Program-made: the position numbers and the translations under genes
In this document: positions 10,135-20,060 of the stretch, in pieces
Position numbering within the stretch: position 1 is the stretch's first letter
Layout of the letters: every line of letters starts with the position of its first letter
Assembly (NCBI GenBank): GCA_018396635.1
Contig: JAGTQE010000003.1
Location: 46,642-110,641, forward strand
DNA from: Candidatus Bathyarchaeota archaeon
Lineage (GTDB): Archaea; Thermoproteota; Bathyarchaeia; Bathyarchaeales; DTEX01
Direction: 5' to 3'
Length of the DNA stretch: 64,000 nt
Notes under the pieces: generated by a model
Told to the model about the DNA's origin: nothing
Seen by the model: only the letters and a program-made list of their open reading frames with translations
Database searches by the model: none

Positions 10135-10464
10135 CTAGGATTGAGATTTCGGCCTTAAATACTCTATTCTCATCTGCAGCTTTTCTTTCTCCTCACTATA
10201 TCCTTTTATCTTCCTCTCTATCTCAGTCTTTTTTGACTCAATTTCCTTCCTACGCCTAGAGACTGCGTTAAGTCTCACCTCAAGACGGCTGTACATATAC
10301 TGATCCCTGCAGCGCCGCATCTCCTCAAATATCCTATTTTCCTCATTTAAAACGGCGGAGTACTCTTCCTCAATCGCCTTCCTCTCTGCCTCTAAATCGG
10401 CCAGCATTCTCTCAATCTTTTGGAGCTCAGCCCTCAGTTTTTCTAATACTGTTGTCTGCGACAT
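10135..10464 (-). CDS. Hypothetical coiled-coil protein
   Basis: 109-aa E/K/R-rich heptad pattern. Confidence 0.7.
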   Translation of the reverse strand: MSQTTVLEKLRAELQKIERMLADLEAERKAIEEEYSAVLNEENRIFEEMRRCRDQYMYSRLEVRLNAVSRRRKEIESKKTEIERKIKGYSEEKEKLQMRIEYLRPKSQS

Positions 10465-10536
10465 ATATAATAAATCATAGTAGCATAAAGATAAATTTAT
10501 CTTTATTCGACCTGTGGCATATATTATATATAAGTC

Positions 10537-12447
10537 TCAAGACTCCCAGGGAAATCTGCAGCGGATTAGATCGCTCATTCCATCATGCCATTCGCTACCC
10601 GCTATGGTGAAGTGAGCCTTTAAAGGTTCCTCGCCACGAACAAGCTTGATCATAATATGGTTCCAACCACTCTTAATCTCAGCAGACTTATAGTTTGACC
10701 CATCACCGCCGTAATTTGGCCTTAGTGGTAAAGGCTTAACAGTTTCATGAAGCAGCTCACCATTAAGCCATATCCTCATTCTACTATTGTTTGGTACACC
10801 GACTATAACTCTCCTATCGCTTGGCGAATAAATAAAATGTCTCAGGTATATTACTCCAGGCCTTCCCATGAAGAAACTCTCAACCTCAAGGGAATTTTCA
10901 GGCCATGAGACCTCCTTCCACTTCTCGCCAGCACAATAAAGGTTCAAATCTCTCTCCGGAGGTAAAGATGCCTCCAGAGATAGTGGTTCACGATAGACTT
11001 CAGAAACTAGCCAACGAAAACTTCCTACAAAAACCACTGGAATTATTGCTGGTCGCGGCCTCTCATCTAATATCACCTTAATTAAACATTCATTTGAAGG
11101 GTTTACGTGAGCTGCTGGCGCGGTAACTGAGAACGCAAAGCTTGCCCTTTCCCCCGCCCGTAGCTTGATTGGCTGGGGAACGTTAGGCTTTAAAATCCAT
11201 TCCTTAGGTGCGTAAACCTCCACTCTACCTGATATCATAGTTAACCGCGTATTTTCAATCGTTACCGTGAATCTATTCTCCTTATATGGAATGACTGCTG
11301 GGCCATCCTCGTAGGTCACTGAAATATTCACGCTCGCTAATTCGTGGCTAATGGTATTGGGTGAAAGATCCCATAAACTTTTAATTCTGCTTATCGAGGA
11401 TTGAATTGCTTCCTCGGCGCCCGTGAAATCATCCTCTTCCGATATTTTAACTAGAGTATCGAAATATGAGAGAACTTTTTCACCTATACTGCATACAATA
11501 TCCGTTAGCTCGCCAAGCGTCTTTGGAACATAGATATTCCTTATACCATTGCTCACGATAACGGATTCTCCCAGAGGCTTAATCCATTTCTCTGGAAGGT
11601 TCTCTCTACCATATATTATTCCCCATATAGCGCCTACCGTTGCCCCAGTGCAATCAGTATCCCACCCACAGTTCACCGCCTTACAAATAGCGTCTCCGAA
11701 ATCCTCCCCATAGAGTAGACCAATCGTCTGAAAGCCCAGGTTTATAGGCGAATACTGGGCTATGGGGCTATAGACGGTCTCCTTAACCCTCTCACGAGCT
11801 TCCCTCCAATCTAGCCCATTTAAGTAGGCCTCCAGCGCTAGCCTAATGGCCTTCGAAGTTAAAGATTTTTCAGGAATAGCTGCCAAACCAAGCTGCACCA
11901 GCTTAACTCTGTCCTCTATAAAGAATGCTGCTGACTCGACGACCGCGTTAAATATTTCGCCGTAAACCGATTCGCCTCCCGCATGATCGCATATAGCATC
12001 TTGATAGGCATATTTAGCGGCGACATGCGGTGCGCCCGGCGCTATACAAGCCCATATCTCCGACCTTATTGGGCAACCCATACAATCCTTAAACCAGTTA
12101 TTATACCATCCTGAAACCGGAGGCTGTAGTCCTAGTTTAAGATTCATCTTATGTAAACCATACTCATCATAGTTATAGAGAACGCAGTCAAGCCAGTATT
12201 CAGCTAAATCTCGCGCCGTCAATGAAAGCCCGCGGTCTCTAAGCGCCTGAAGCCAGACAAGCTGAATTTCTAAGTCGTCATTAGGCATACCACCCTCAAT
12301 GATCTTAGGATACCACCAAACATCAAACATCTCCTCCCGCCCATAAAGAGATTCTAGAGGGCCGCCAACGGTTCCGCCAGCATTCTTACCTAGCCAGCAA
12401 CCGTAAACCTTATTCCGATAAGTTTTTCTACTAATGTGCAATTCCAA
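10537..12447 (-). CDS. ADP-ribosylglycohydrolase-family protein with C-terminal beta-sandwich domains
   Basis: GCWLGKNAGGT.G, NDDL and DTDCTGAT motifs; Ig/NEW3-like and PA14-like C-terminal region. Confidence 0.85.
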   Translation of the reverse strand: MELHISRKTYRNKVYGCWLGKNAGGTVGGPLESLYGREEMFDVWWYPKIIEGGMPNDDLEIQLVWLQALRDRGLSLTARDLAEYWLDCVLYNYDEYGLHKMNLKLGLQPPVSGWYNNWFKDCMGCPIRSEIWACIAPGAPHVAAKYAYQDAICDHAGGESVYGEIFNAVVESAAFFIEDRVKLVQLGLAAIPEKSLTSKAIRLALEAYLNGLDWREARERVKETVYSPIAQYSPINLGFQTIGLLYGEDFGDAICKAVNCGWDTDCTGATVGAIWGIIYGRENLPEKWIKPLGESVIVSNGIRNIYVPKTLGELTDIVCSIGEKVLSYFDTLVKISEEDDFTGAEEAIQSSISRIKSLWDLSPNTISHELASVNISVTYEDGPAVIPYKENRFTVTIENTRLTMISGRVEVYAPKEWILKPNVPQPIKLRAGERASFAFSVTAPAAHVNPSNECLIKVILDERPRPAIIPVVFVGSFRWLVSEVYREPLSLEASLPPERDLNLYCAGEKWKEVSWPENSLEVESFFMGRPGVIYLRHFIYSPSDRRVIVGVPNNSRMRIWLNGELLHETVKPLPLRPNYGGDGSNYKSAEIKSGWNHIMIKLVRGEEPLKAHFTIAGSEWHDGMSDLIRCRFPWES

Positions 12448-12503
12448 ACCGAGCGCCCCGAAGAAATTAGCTATTTTGTGACTTAAAAAGGCTCTTTCAA
12501 TTG

Positions 12504-12911
12504 TTATTCTCCCATTTCAGTAAGCCATCTATAAATCGTCTTTAGCGGTATATTGAGGTGCTCCGCTATTCTCTTGGCACTATAGCCTTTATTCTTGAGC
12601 TCCCTAACGATTTCTTTCCTCCGTCTTCTCTCGGCTTTACTATACCTCGCCTTATTCTCGAATATTACCCTGTCTTCATAACCGAATAGTGAGAGAGCAA
12701 GCATAAAAGCCCTAATATAATTGCGGCTCCTATCAACATAGCTGATAATCTTGATCCTATATTCTTCAGCAAGATAGCCCCTTAATTGGCCTAAGGCTTC
12801 CTCCATCAAGTCGAGATTTAAAGGCGAGGAAAACCTAATCTCCACTAACCGACACTCAGGCCTGACAATTATTGAGTACTTTTCTTTTTCAGTCATTTTT
12901 ACTCCCTTCAC
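12504..12911 (-). CDS. Protein with C-terminal helix-turn-helix domain
   Basis: GYSAKRIAEHLNIPLKTIYRWL. Confidence 0.8.
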   Translation of the reverse strand: MKGVKMTEKEKYSIIVRPECRLVEIRFSSPLNLDLMEEALGQLRGYLAEEYRIKIISYVDRSRNYIRAFMLALSLFGYEDRVIFENKARYSKAERRRRKEIVRELKNKGYSAKRIAEHLNIPLKTIYRWLTEMGE

Positions 12912-13034
12912 ACAATTACTTATATCCTATGACTGATGGCAGTACGGTATAAATTTTTCGCATTATAAAAAAATACAAAAATGAGAAAAATTTATAAGTC
13001 TCTTCTCAAATTATAAAAATTGAAAAATGAGAAA

Positions 13035-13133
13035 ATGGAGGCGACGACCATTATTGGGAAAGTAATATTAGAGATAATCAGTAATAAGATAACTGATCGA
13101 GGGCCTCCGATCAAAACCACACCTGACGCTTAA
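13035..13133 (+). CDS. Putative 32-aa peptide containing a DRGPP motif
   Basis: ATG..TAA reads MEATTIIGKVILEIISNKITDRGPPIKTTPDA; TATA-like TTTATAA upstream and a T-run downstream. Confidence 0.4.
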   Translation: MEATTIIGKVILEIISNKITDRGPPIKTTPDA

Positions 13134-13264
13134 AACCACAACTTTTTTTAACTTACCAGTCCATTCTAACAATTTTTAAGAGAATGAAAAAGCATTTAAA
13201 CAGAGCTAGTAACACTTTTTCATATAATCGTAATATCATGGTATTAAATCGAGGTGAGAGCGGA

Positions 13265-13684
13265 TTGATTGAAGATAGTAGGATTGAGAGAGCCCTGCTC
13301 AATGAAGCCGCCAGGTTTCATGGTCACCTCGGCCCCTTCCTTGTGCTCGGATTGAAAGCAGGACTATTTGCTAATAAGGTTCTTGGTAAGGATCCTTTTA
13401 AGACTAAAGCGATTGTCGAAACGAAGCTTAGACCCCCATACTCCTGCCTCATTGATGGGATTCAAGTCGTTACTGGATGTACTATGGGAAAAGGAAATAT
13501 TGAAGTTAAGGATGGAGAGGCGATACTAATAAGATTCACTAAGGGCGATAAGGTTCTTGAGATGAAACTTAAAAGAGAAGTTCTTGAGAGCTTAGAAGAC
13601 ATGCGCAGTGGAGAGGATGCCGAGAGGAAGGCTTTAGATGTCATGCTTAGACCAGTTAACGAGCTATTTGATATAAAGTTATAG
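13265..13684 (+). CDS. fmdE: FmdE/FwdE-family protein
   Basis: FHGHLGPFLVLG and C.IDGIQVVTGCTMGKGN; TTG start after GAGGTGA SD. Confidence 0.88.
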   Translation: MIEDSRIERALLNEAARFHGHLGPFLVLGLKAGLFANKVLGKDPFKTKAIVETKLRPPYSCLIDGIQVVTGCTMGKGNIEVKDGEAILIRFTKGDKVLEMKLKREVLESLEDMRSGEDAERKALDVMLRPVNELFDIKL

Positions 13685-14314
13685 CTGTAGGAACCATATA
13701 CTCCTCGCTATAGCAGGTATTTTCTTCAAAGCCGCCTTCAATATAAGTAGAGATGTTACTGAAGACAGTGGTACATGAGCCATATTGAAAATCCCAGTAA
13801 ATATAAGTGTCCATGTTAAGATATCAAGCGATGAAGAAACGTTTAAGCCCATCGCTCTAAGTATCGTCCCCGTAAATTGGAGATACCTTGGATCTATATA
13901 TAGGAAAAGAGCAATGTTTGTGAAGGTACAGACAATAACTCTTAAAAGCGCTCCAAAGATCGTACCGAACAGGAAAATTTTTAAGCTTCCAGCTTTTTCA
14001 CGCATAACCTTTGTTCCGATTTTAATCCCAATCCAAAAGCCAATGATCATAGATATTACTGCCAAAAACTTCATTAAAGGTCCGATCCACGCACCGCTCC
14101 TAAAAGTTAATCCCATCCAATGGATGATCTCGGCGACTATAGCTGGGACTGGGCCGCAAAGCATGAAAACTATCATAACAGGGACCTCAGCGAAATCAAA
14201 CTTCAGATAGGGAAGCAAAGGATAGGAGATTTCAACCCTCGAGATCGCTAACACTATGGATAGACTCGAGAAAACGCCGATATAGGCTAAGATTACGCTT
14301 CTCCTGTGAAGCAT
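13679..14314 (-). CDS. ECF transporter S component (RibU-like)
   Basis: PYLKFDFAEVP motif with about 6 hydrophobic helices. Confidence 0.85.
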   Translation of the reverse strand: MLHRRSVILAYIGVFSSLSIVLAISRVEISYPLLPYLKFDFAEVPVMIVFMLCGPVPAIVAEIIHWMGLTFRSGAWIGPLMKFLAVISMIIGFWIGIKIGTKVMREKAGSLKIFLFGTIFGALLRVIVCTFTNIALFLYIDPRYLQFTGTILRAMGLNVSSSLDILTWTLIFTGIFNMAHVPLSSVTSLLILKAALKKIPAIARSIWFLQL

Positions 14315-14430
14315 TTATCTTCCCCGCGTTCCGTAAACTTCATTATAGGTTTACTTATTTAAAAGTTATTACTCAAAAATTGGTAATAAACGTTTAACTA
14401 TCAAAGAGTGATCCTAGCTTTGATTAAGAA

Positions 14431-15051
14431 ATGCAGAACATCTGGAATATAATAAAAGGTAGGAGAAGCATTAGGAAATATTTACCGAACGCTGTCCCAA
14501 AGAACGCTCTCCTCAGGATTATTGAGGCTGCCAGATGGGCCCCTTCAGCCCATAATGCTCAACCTTGGCGTTTCACTATAATAACCGATTTAAAAATAAA
14601 GAAGAGACTAGCCGAAGAAATGGCTTCTGATTGGTTAAGGGATCTCGAGAAGGATGGTGTCCCCACAGAAGTCTCTAAAAAATTGGCTGAAGAGTCTATT
14701 AGACGCTTTACTGAGTCCCCAGCCATTATTGTTGCTGCAATAGATATGAGGGAGATGCACAAATATCCTGACAGGCGTAGACGGAGATTTGAGCATCTAA
14801 TGGCAACACAAAGCCTAGCTGCCGCAATACAAAATATTCTCTTAGCTGCCTACGCTGAGGGTTTGGGAACGTGTTGGTTCTGCGCACCTCTCTTCTGTCA
14901 AGAGACAGTAAAGAAGGTTTTGGGGATGCCGCGAGACGTGGAGCCCCAAGCCCTAATAACAGTAGGCTATCCGGCCGAAAAGCCTGAGCCTCCGCCCAGA
15001 AAACCACTTAAGGATATAGTCTTCTTAAATTATTGGGGTGCCTCCATATGA
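14431..15051 (+). CDS. Nitroreductase-family protein (resembles the FbiB C-terminal domain)
   Basis: RRSIRKY, APSAHNAQPW, GLGTCWFCAPLF; overlaps cofD. Confidence 0.88.
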   Translation: MQNIWNIIKGRRSIRKYLPNAVPKNALLRIIEAARWAPSAHNAQPWRFTIITDLKIKKRLAEEMASDWLRDLEKDGVPTEVSKKLAEESIRRFTESPAIIVAAIDMREMHKYPDRRRRRFEHLMATQSLAAAIQNILLAAYAEGLGTCWFCAPLFCQETVKKVLGMPRDVEPQALITVGYPAEKPEPPPRKPLKDIVFLNYWGASI

Positions 15052-15977
15052 TAACTGCTTTAGCTGGCGGTGTTGGCGCCGCGAAATTTCTCTCAGGCCT
15101 CATTAAAATAGTTCCGGAGGAGGAGCTAACTGTCATAGTCAATACTGGAGATGATATGGAGCTTTTTGGGCTACATATTTCGCCGGATCTCGACATAATA
15201 ACCTATACTCTAGCTGGCATAGTGGATGAAGAGAAGGGTTGGGGAATAAAAGGGGACACATTCAACTGCCTCGAAATGTTAGAAAAATATGGTTATGAGA
15301 AATGGTTTAATTTGGGCGATAAAGATCTTGCAACACATATCCATAGAACAATCCTCCTGAAGAAAGGCCTAACGCTCTCTCAAGTGACAAAAGATATATG
15401 CAGAAGACTTGGTTTAAAGGTCAACATCCTTCCAATGACAGATGATAAATTTGAGACATGGATTGAGACCGATGCAGGATTAATGCACTTCCAAGAGTAT
15501 TTAGTCAAAAGGGGAGCAAGAGATAGGGTCTTAGGCGTAAAATATGTCGGTGTGGAAAGCGCAAAGCCTGCGGAAGGCGTCATTGAATCTATACTTAGAA
15601 GTAGCCTAATAATCATTTGTCCAAGCAACCCGATAGTTAGTATAGGTACAATACTATCAGTAAAGGGTGTGAGAGAAGCCCTCAGAAAAAGTCATGCACG
15701 AAAGATCGCCATAAGCCCTATAATATCGGGAGCACCATTAAAAGGCCCAGCTGATAAATTAATGAGCGGACTTGGATTGGAAGTGTCAGCATTCTCGGTA
15801 GCATACCTGTATAGAGATTTCCTAAACGTTTTTATATTAGATCAATTAGATAGAGGAGAGAAAGAAAGAATAGAAAGCCTTGGAATAAGAACCATTTTAA
15901 CTAACACAATAATGAAGACATTAGAAGATAAAGTTAATCTCGCCAAAGTAGTCCTCGAAGCATCTAAAAGTATCTAA
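15048..15977 (+). CDS. cofD: 2-phospho-L-lactate transferase (F420 biosynthesis)
   Basis: LAGGVGAAKF, NTGDD, SPDLD, LGDKD, HFQEY, PSNPIVSI. Confidence 0.95.
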   Translation: MITALAGGVGAAKFLSGLIKIVPEEELTVIVNTGDDMELFGLHISPDLDIITYTLAGIVDEEKGWGIKGDTFNCLEMLEKYGYEKWFNLGDKDLATHIHRTILLKKGLTLSQVTKDICRRLGLKVNILPMTDDKFETWIETDAGLMHFQEYLVKRGARDRVLGVKYVGVESAKPAEGVIESILRSSLIIICPSNPIVSIGTILSVKGVREALRKSHARKIAISPIISGAPLKGPADKLMSGLGLEVSAFSVAYLYRDFLNVFILDQLDRGEKERIESLGIRTILTNTIMKTLEDKVNLAKVVLEASKSI

Positions 15978-15980
15978 TTC

Positions 15981-16613
15981 TTACACTTCGTATCTTAGGG
16001 CTTCAGCTGGCTTCAATTTAGCTGCATACAAGGACGGGTAAGCTGCAGCAGCCACGCTCACCAAAACAGCTATTCCTATCGCCGTCCCAATAATATACAT
16101 GTACCTAGCTATTGCTCCCTCAAAGAAGACCAAGGGACCATACTGAACATAGTAGATTACTATCGCAGAGAGCCAGCCAACTATCGCGCCAATAACTCCG
16201 CCTATCAAACCCAGCAACAGTGCCTCTATTAGGAATATTTCTAGAACCGCTGTATCCGTTGCACCCAAACATTTTATGGTTCCTATCTCCTTATAGCGTT
16301 CAGTCACCGACATTAGCATTGAGTTCACTATTCCAACCCCGCAGACAAGTATCGCTATTACAGCTACCCACATCTGGTACTGAGGAGGAGCACTGCCGAT
16401 TCGAGCAAGTATTTCGCTCATAGTCATAAGCGAGACGAGGAAAGCTATACTTAGTAGGACTGAAAGCGATGTTATCATTGTTCTCGTAAAGCGCTTTCTA
16501 ATACTTTCCAGGCAATATTTAAATGCATCACTTATTGGAAATTTTATACTTCCAATTTCACCTACTCCTGGCTCTACTTGACCGCTCATATGCACTGTCT
16601 CCGCTTTCCCCAT
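15981..16613 (-). CDS. FtsX/MacB-like ABC permease (short form)
   Basis: GIVNSMLMSVTERYKEIGTIKCLGA and AAKLKPAEALRYE. Confidence 0.88.
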   Translation of the reverse strand: MGKAETVHMSGQVEPGVGEIGSIKFPISDAFKYCLESIRKRFTRTMITSLSVLLSIAFLVSLMTMSEILARIGSAPPQYQMWVAVIAILVCGVGIVNSMLMSVTERYKEIGTIKCLGATDTAVLEIFLIEALLLGLIGGVIGAIVGWLSAIVIYYVQYGPLVFFEGAIARYMYIIGTAIGIAVLVSVAAAAYPSLYAAKLKPAEALRYEV

Positions 16614-16808
16614 TTTATCTTATCTAGAAAATTTGATACTATGTTTCAATATATTAAATTTTTGTTTAATGAGCAGACAGAGCTTGTAAAAAGTAACGGA
16701 GTGATTCATCCAAGTTGGGTTTACTTCTAGAAAAATTTATAACTTTAAGTTTTTATATCCAAAAATAAGAGAGAATGGTACTCAAAATATTTTCCGTTAA
16801 GCTAGGTT

Positions 16809-17105
16809 GTGGCAGCCTTGTCTGAGGCAAAAAAATGTTTTCCATCATGCAATAGATTCAGGTGTGGAAAGAATTTTTTAGCGTTTCGCGGAAAAACTCC
16901 TTGGTGTCGATGGACTGATGAAGCATGTAATCCAACAAATTGCAACTATGCAATGTGCATGATTAGACGCTTGCTTCCAGGGGGTATATGCGGAGAGACG
17001 CTGAAAAGAAAGACTGTTGAGAGAGGGCCGGAAGAAGAAACCATACCGTCTATAAAGGTCAGAGGAAAGGTTTTTAGAAAGATTGGTGAAAAAGAAATCT
17101 TCTAA
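16809..17105 (+). CDS. Hypothetical Cys-rich protein
   Basis: 8 Cys in the N-terminal 62 aa (C.P.C..FRC, WC.W..E.C...C.YA.C). Confidence 0.75.
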   Translation: MAALSEAKKCFPSCNRFRCGKNFLAFRGKTPWCRWTDEACNPTNCNYAMCMIRRLLPGGICGETLKRKTVERGPEEETIPSIKVRGKVFRKIGEKEIF

Positions 17106-17132
17106 GAATCTATTGACGATCTCGCCGCCACC

Positions 17133-17990
17133 TCACTTATATTTTTTGTTTACAAAGTATATTCCAGCTGATATCAATATGAAACCTAGGAGTGAGTTGT
17201 ATTCGATAACCTCTCCTAAAAAGATGCTGCCGAAAATAAGTGCCACAGCTGGCACGGCAAGACTTGATGTTGAGACAACTATTGCCTCCTCAATTTTTAT
17301 AAGATATAGCCAAATCGTGGATGCTACCGCCGATCCAACTATTGCAGTATAAAGTACCGAAAGAACATAAACCATATTTGTACTGAAAGTTAATTTATCT
17401 AACATTGACGTGAGAAGTATGAGAAAGGCTGCTCCTACAGGGAATTGCATAACGTTAACGATTTCTGGGTTTACGTATGCTAAAAATTTCTTATAAAAGA
17501 TTATTGTGACAGCCCAGAGGAAAGCTCCCAAAATAAGAAAAAGAGAGGCGCTTGAAAGTCTCACCTGGTTAAGTCGTCCCATATAAATGGCTACCACGCC
17601 AAGAAAGCCAAAAACTATCCCTAAAATTCTGGTTAGGGTAACTTTCTCGCCTAAAAACAACGCAGCTAGACAGAAAACGAATAATGGCTGCGTATAGGTT
17701 AGTATCGAGCTAAGGCCTGAAGGCTCGTAGAGCAAGCCAACATGGGTGGATGCCATGCAGGCAGCATTCACTACACTAATTGATATAAGTTTAAGCCATG
17801 TAGCGCCATCCTTTGGCAGCTTTCTTTTCTCCACAGCTAAAATTGGCGATAGCGCTATTGAAGCAAAAAGAAGCCTTTGTGAAACAAGATTTAGCGGACT
17901 AACAAACCTCAAACCAATCTTCATTACAGTCCAGTTAAAACCCCATGCTAAAACTACTATGACGAAAAGTAGCAACCCCCGCTTCTTCAA
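17133..17990 (-). CDS. EamA/DMT-family transporter
   Basis: WGFNW..MK and YTQPLF..LA.LFLGEK; two EamA repeats. Confidence 0.92.
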   Translation of the reverse strand: MKKRGLLLFVIVVLAWGFNWTVMKIGLRFVSPLNLVSQRLLFASIALSPILAVEKRKLPKDGATWLKLISISVVNAACMASTHVGLLYEPSGLSSILTYTQPLFVFCLAALFLGEKVTLTRILGIVFGFLGVVAIYMGRLNQVRLSSASLFLILGAFLWAVTIIFYKKFLAYVNPEIVNVMQFPVGAAFLILLTSMLDKLTFSTNMVYVLSVLYTAIVGSAVASTIWLYLIKIEEAIVVSTSSLAVPAVALIFGSIFLGEVIEYNSLLGFILISAGIYFVNKKYK

Positions 17991-18131
17991 GCTCTAAACC
18001 TCCAACAAGTCAATATGTGAGCATTGTTTAAGGTCATATCCCTCCTTAGCTCAGTAAATATTAAAGCAATCCAACTTCAATTTATAAGTTAAGTCTAAAT
18101 CCAAAATCTTGACGGGCCTGAAGGTGTTAAT

Positions 18132-18968
18132 ATGCCGAAGATGAAGCTTGGTATAATAATTTCGTTAAGGAGAGAATTAGAGGAAGAGATTAAAAAAGTC
18201 CATGAGTATGGTTTTCCGACATGCCAAGTTGCGTGCTGGGATGTAAGCTTATATAGCTCTGAAATGGCTCATTTACTCAAGAGACTATCAAGCGAATACG
18301 ACGTTGAGGTTACAGCTATATGGGCAGGTTTACCTGGTAAGTATGTCTGGGATTTTATAGAGGGCCCCAGCACAGTAGGTCTAGTACCTATAGAGATGAG
18401 GGAGGTTCGCGTGAAGGCTCTGAAGAAGGCATCCGACTTCACTAGAGAATCTTGTGTCGAAGATATTGTGACCCACGTTGGATTCATACCTGAGAACCCA
18501 AAAGATCCTGTTTACATTTCACTTATAGATGTGCTTAAAGATATAGCCAGGTATTGTGCAAGAAATGGGCAGTTCTTTCTCTTTGAAACTGGTCAAGAAA
18601 CTCCCATAACTCTTCTTAGAACCATTGAGGACGTTGGTATGGATAACCTTGGAGTAAATTTTGATCCAGCTAACCTCTTAATGTATGGGAAAGCTAATCC
18701 AATAGATGCTTTGGATATACTTGGCAAATATATTCGGGGCGTTCATGCGAAGGATGGCGAATATCCTACTAACGGGAGGAAGCTAGGTAAAGAAAAACCT
18801 TTAGGAGAAGGGAGGGTAAACTTCCCTGCGCTAATATTGAAGCTCAAGGCGTTAGGCTATAATAGGGCTATAACTATAGAGCGTGAAATCCGCGGGCCGC
18901 AACAGATAGAGGATATACTTAAAGCTAAAAGAATTTTAGAGAAGCTCATCTATAATACCTGGGCTTAA
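18132..18968 (+). CDS. Sugar phosphate isomerase/epimerase (xylose isomerase-like TIM barrel)
   Basis: FETGQE, NFDPANL, VHAKDG, TIERE. Confidence 0.9.
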   Translation: MPKMKLGIIISLRRELEEEIKKVHEYGFPTCQVACWDVSLYSSEMAHLLKRLSSEYDVEVTAIWAGLPGKYVWDFIEGPSTVGLVPIEMREVRVKALKKASDFTRESCVEDIVTHVGFIPENPKDPVYISLIDVLKDIARYCARNGQFFLFETGQETPITLLRTIEDVGMDNLGVNFDPANLLMYGKANPIDALDILGKYIRGVHAKDGEYPTNGRKLGKEKPLGEGRVNFPALILKLKALGYNRAITIEREIRGPQQIEDILKAKRILEKLIYNTWA

Positions 18969-19945
18969 AATTCTCTCGGGGCAGTTAGGTCAGATATATC
19001 AACACTATGATCATATATTCGGTTCAGTAGTGAAATAACTGCAACTAGATCTTGGGCTCTCTCAATAGGCAAAGCTCTAATTATAGATTCAGTTCTTCTA
19101 CTCAATTCCTTAACATTTGCCTCCCTCTCTCTTACAGATTCAGCAATAATAATATTACGTGATAGAAAAGCTGTAACCGCATCATTATAACAATCATAAA
19201 TTGCTTTATAGAGCTCATGCAAGGCCTTAGACAAATTTTCACTAATCTTTAAATCCCTAAATTTAATCGTATACTCAGATATTTGGGATGACTGATCAGC
19301 CACCGCTTCAACAGAGCTTGCAGCTAACCTATAATCTAAGCAATCTATGGGGTGCATGTTCAGCTTCTCACTTAAACTTGGATTTTGTACAAGAGTCCTC
19401 AAAACTCTGACAAGTAAGAAGTAAAGTCTATCTACTTCATTATCCCTAGCAATAACATTTCTAGCCAAGTGAATGTCCCCTTCTAGGAGGGCAGTGATAG
19501 AGTCTCTGCACATGCCTGAAGCTATCAGATGCTCGCGGCGCAGAATTTTCTCAGGTGATAGAGCTGAAGGCTCCAGCAAACATTGCATAACGATCTTACT
19601 GTAATCTTCCTCAATTATCTCTAAGCCTATAAGGCGAGCTGCCGTCTTCTTAATTATGTCCCTCTCTTCAGGTGTTATTCGCCCCTTCGCCTCAACAGCT
19701 ATAATATCATAGCCAAGAAGATATTTACTAATAATCTCTCGGCCCAGATGCGGCCCAGGCTTAATAACAGTTGATCTCGGCGCTGATTCAACATTATATT
19801 TCGGGTCAATTATCAATTTGCCATCCGGTGTTTCCATGCTTGCAACTATTGTTCCACGAGCTATGCCGTTCCGTATGGCCCACTCCTTTGGCAATGTTAC
19901 AAAAAATGTTCCGCTCCTTGTCATCTGTATTCTTCGAAATTCCAT
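18965..19945 (-). CDS. phoU: PhoU-family phosphate uptake regulator with AbrB-like N-terminus
   Basis: RRIQ..GTFFVTLPKEW, YLLGYD, DNEVDRLY. Confidence 0.9.
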   Translation of the reverse strand: MEFRRIQMTRSGTFFVTLPKEWAIRNGIARGTIVASMETPDGKLIIDPKYNVESAPRSTVIKPGPHLGREIISKYLLGYDIIAVEAKGRITPEERDIIKKTAARLIGLEIIEEDYSKIVMQCLLEPSALSPEKILRREHLIASGMCRDSITALLEGDIHLARNVIARDNEVDRLYFLLVRVLRTLVQNPSLSEKLNMHPIDCLDYRLAASSVEAVADQSSQISEYTIKFRDLKISENLSKALHELYKAIYDCYNDAVTAFLSRNIIIAESVREREANVKELSRRTESIIRALPIERAQDLVAVISLLNRIYDHSVDISDLTAPREF

Positions 19946-20060
19946 CCTTTTTCCCTAACCTTAATCGCTCAAATATAATATGTTACTTCAGCATATATAT
20001 ACATATATTTAATTAGGAAACAGTTTAGTTTCACGCGCTAAAGCTCAATAATGAGATAAG

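Noticed and set aside
12504-12911. Transposase or resolvase fragment
   Set aside because: Only a terminal HTH is present; no DDE or serine-recombinase motif and no terminal inverted repeats
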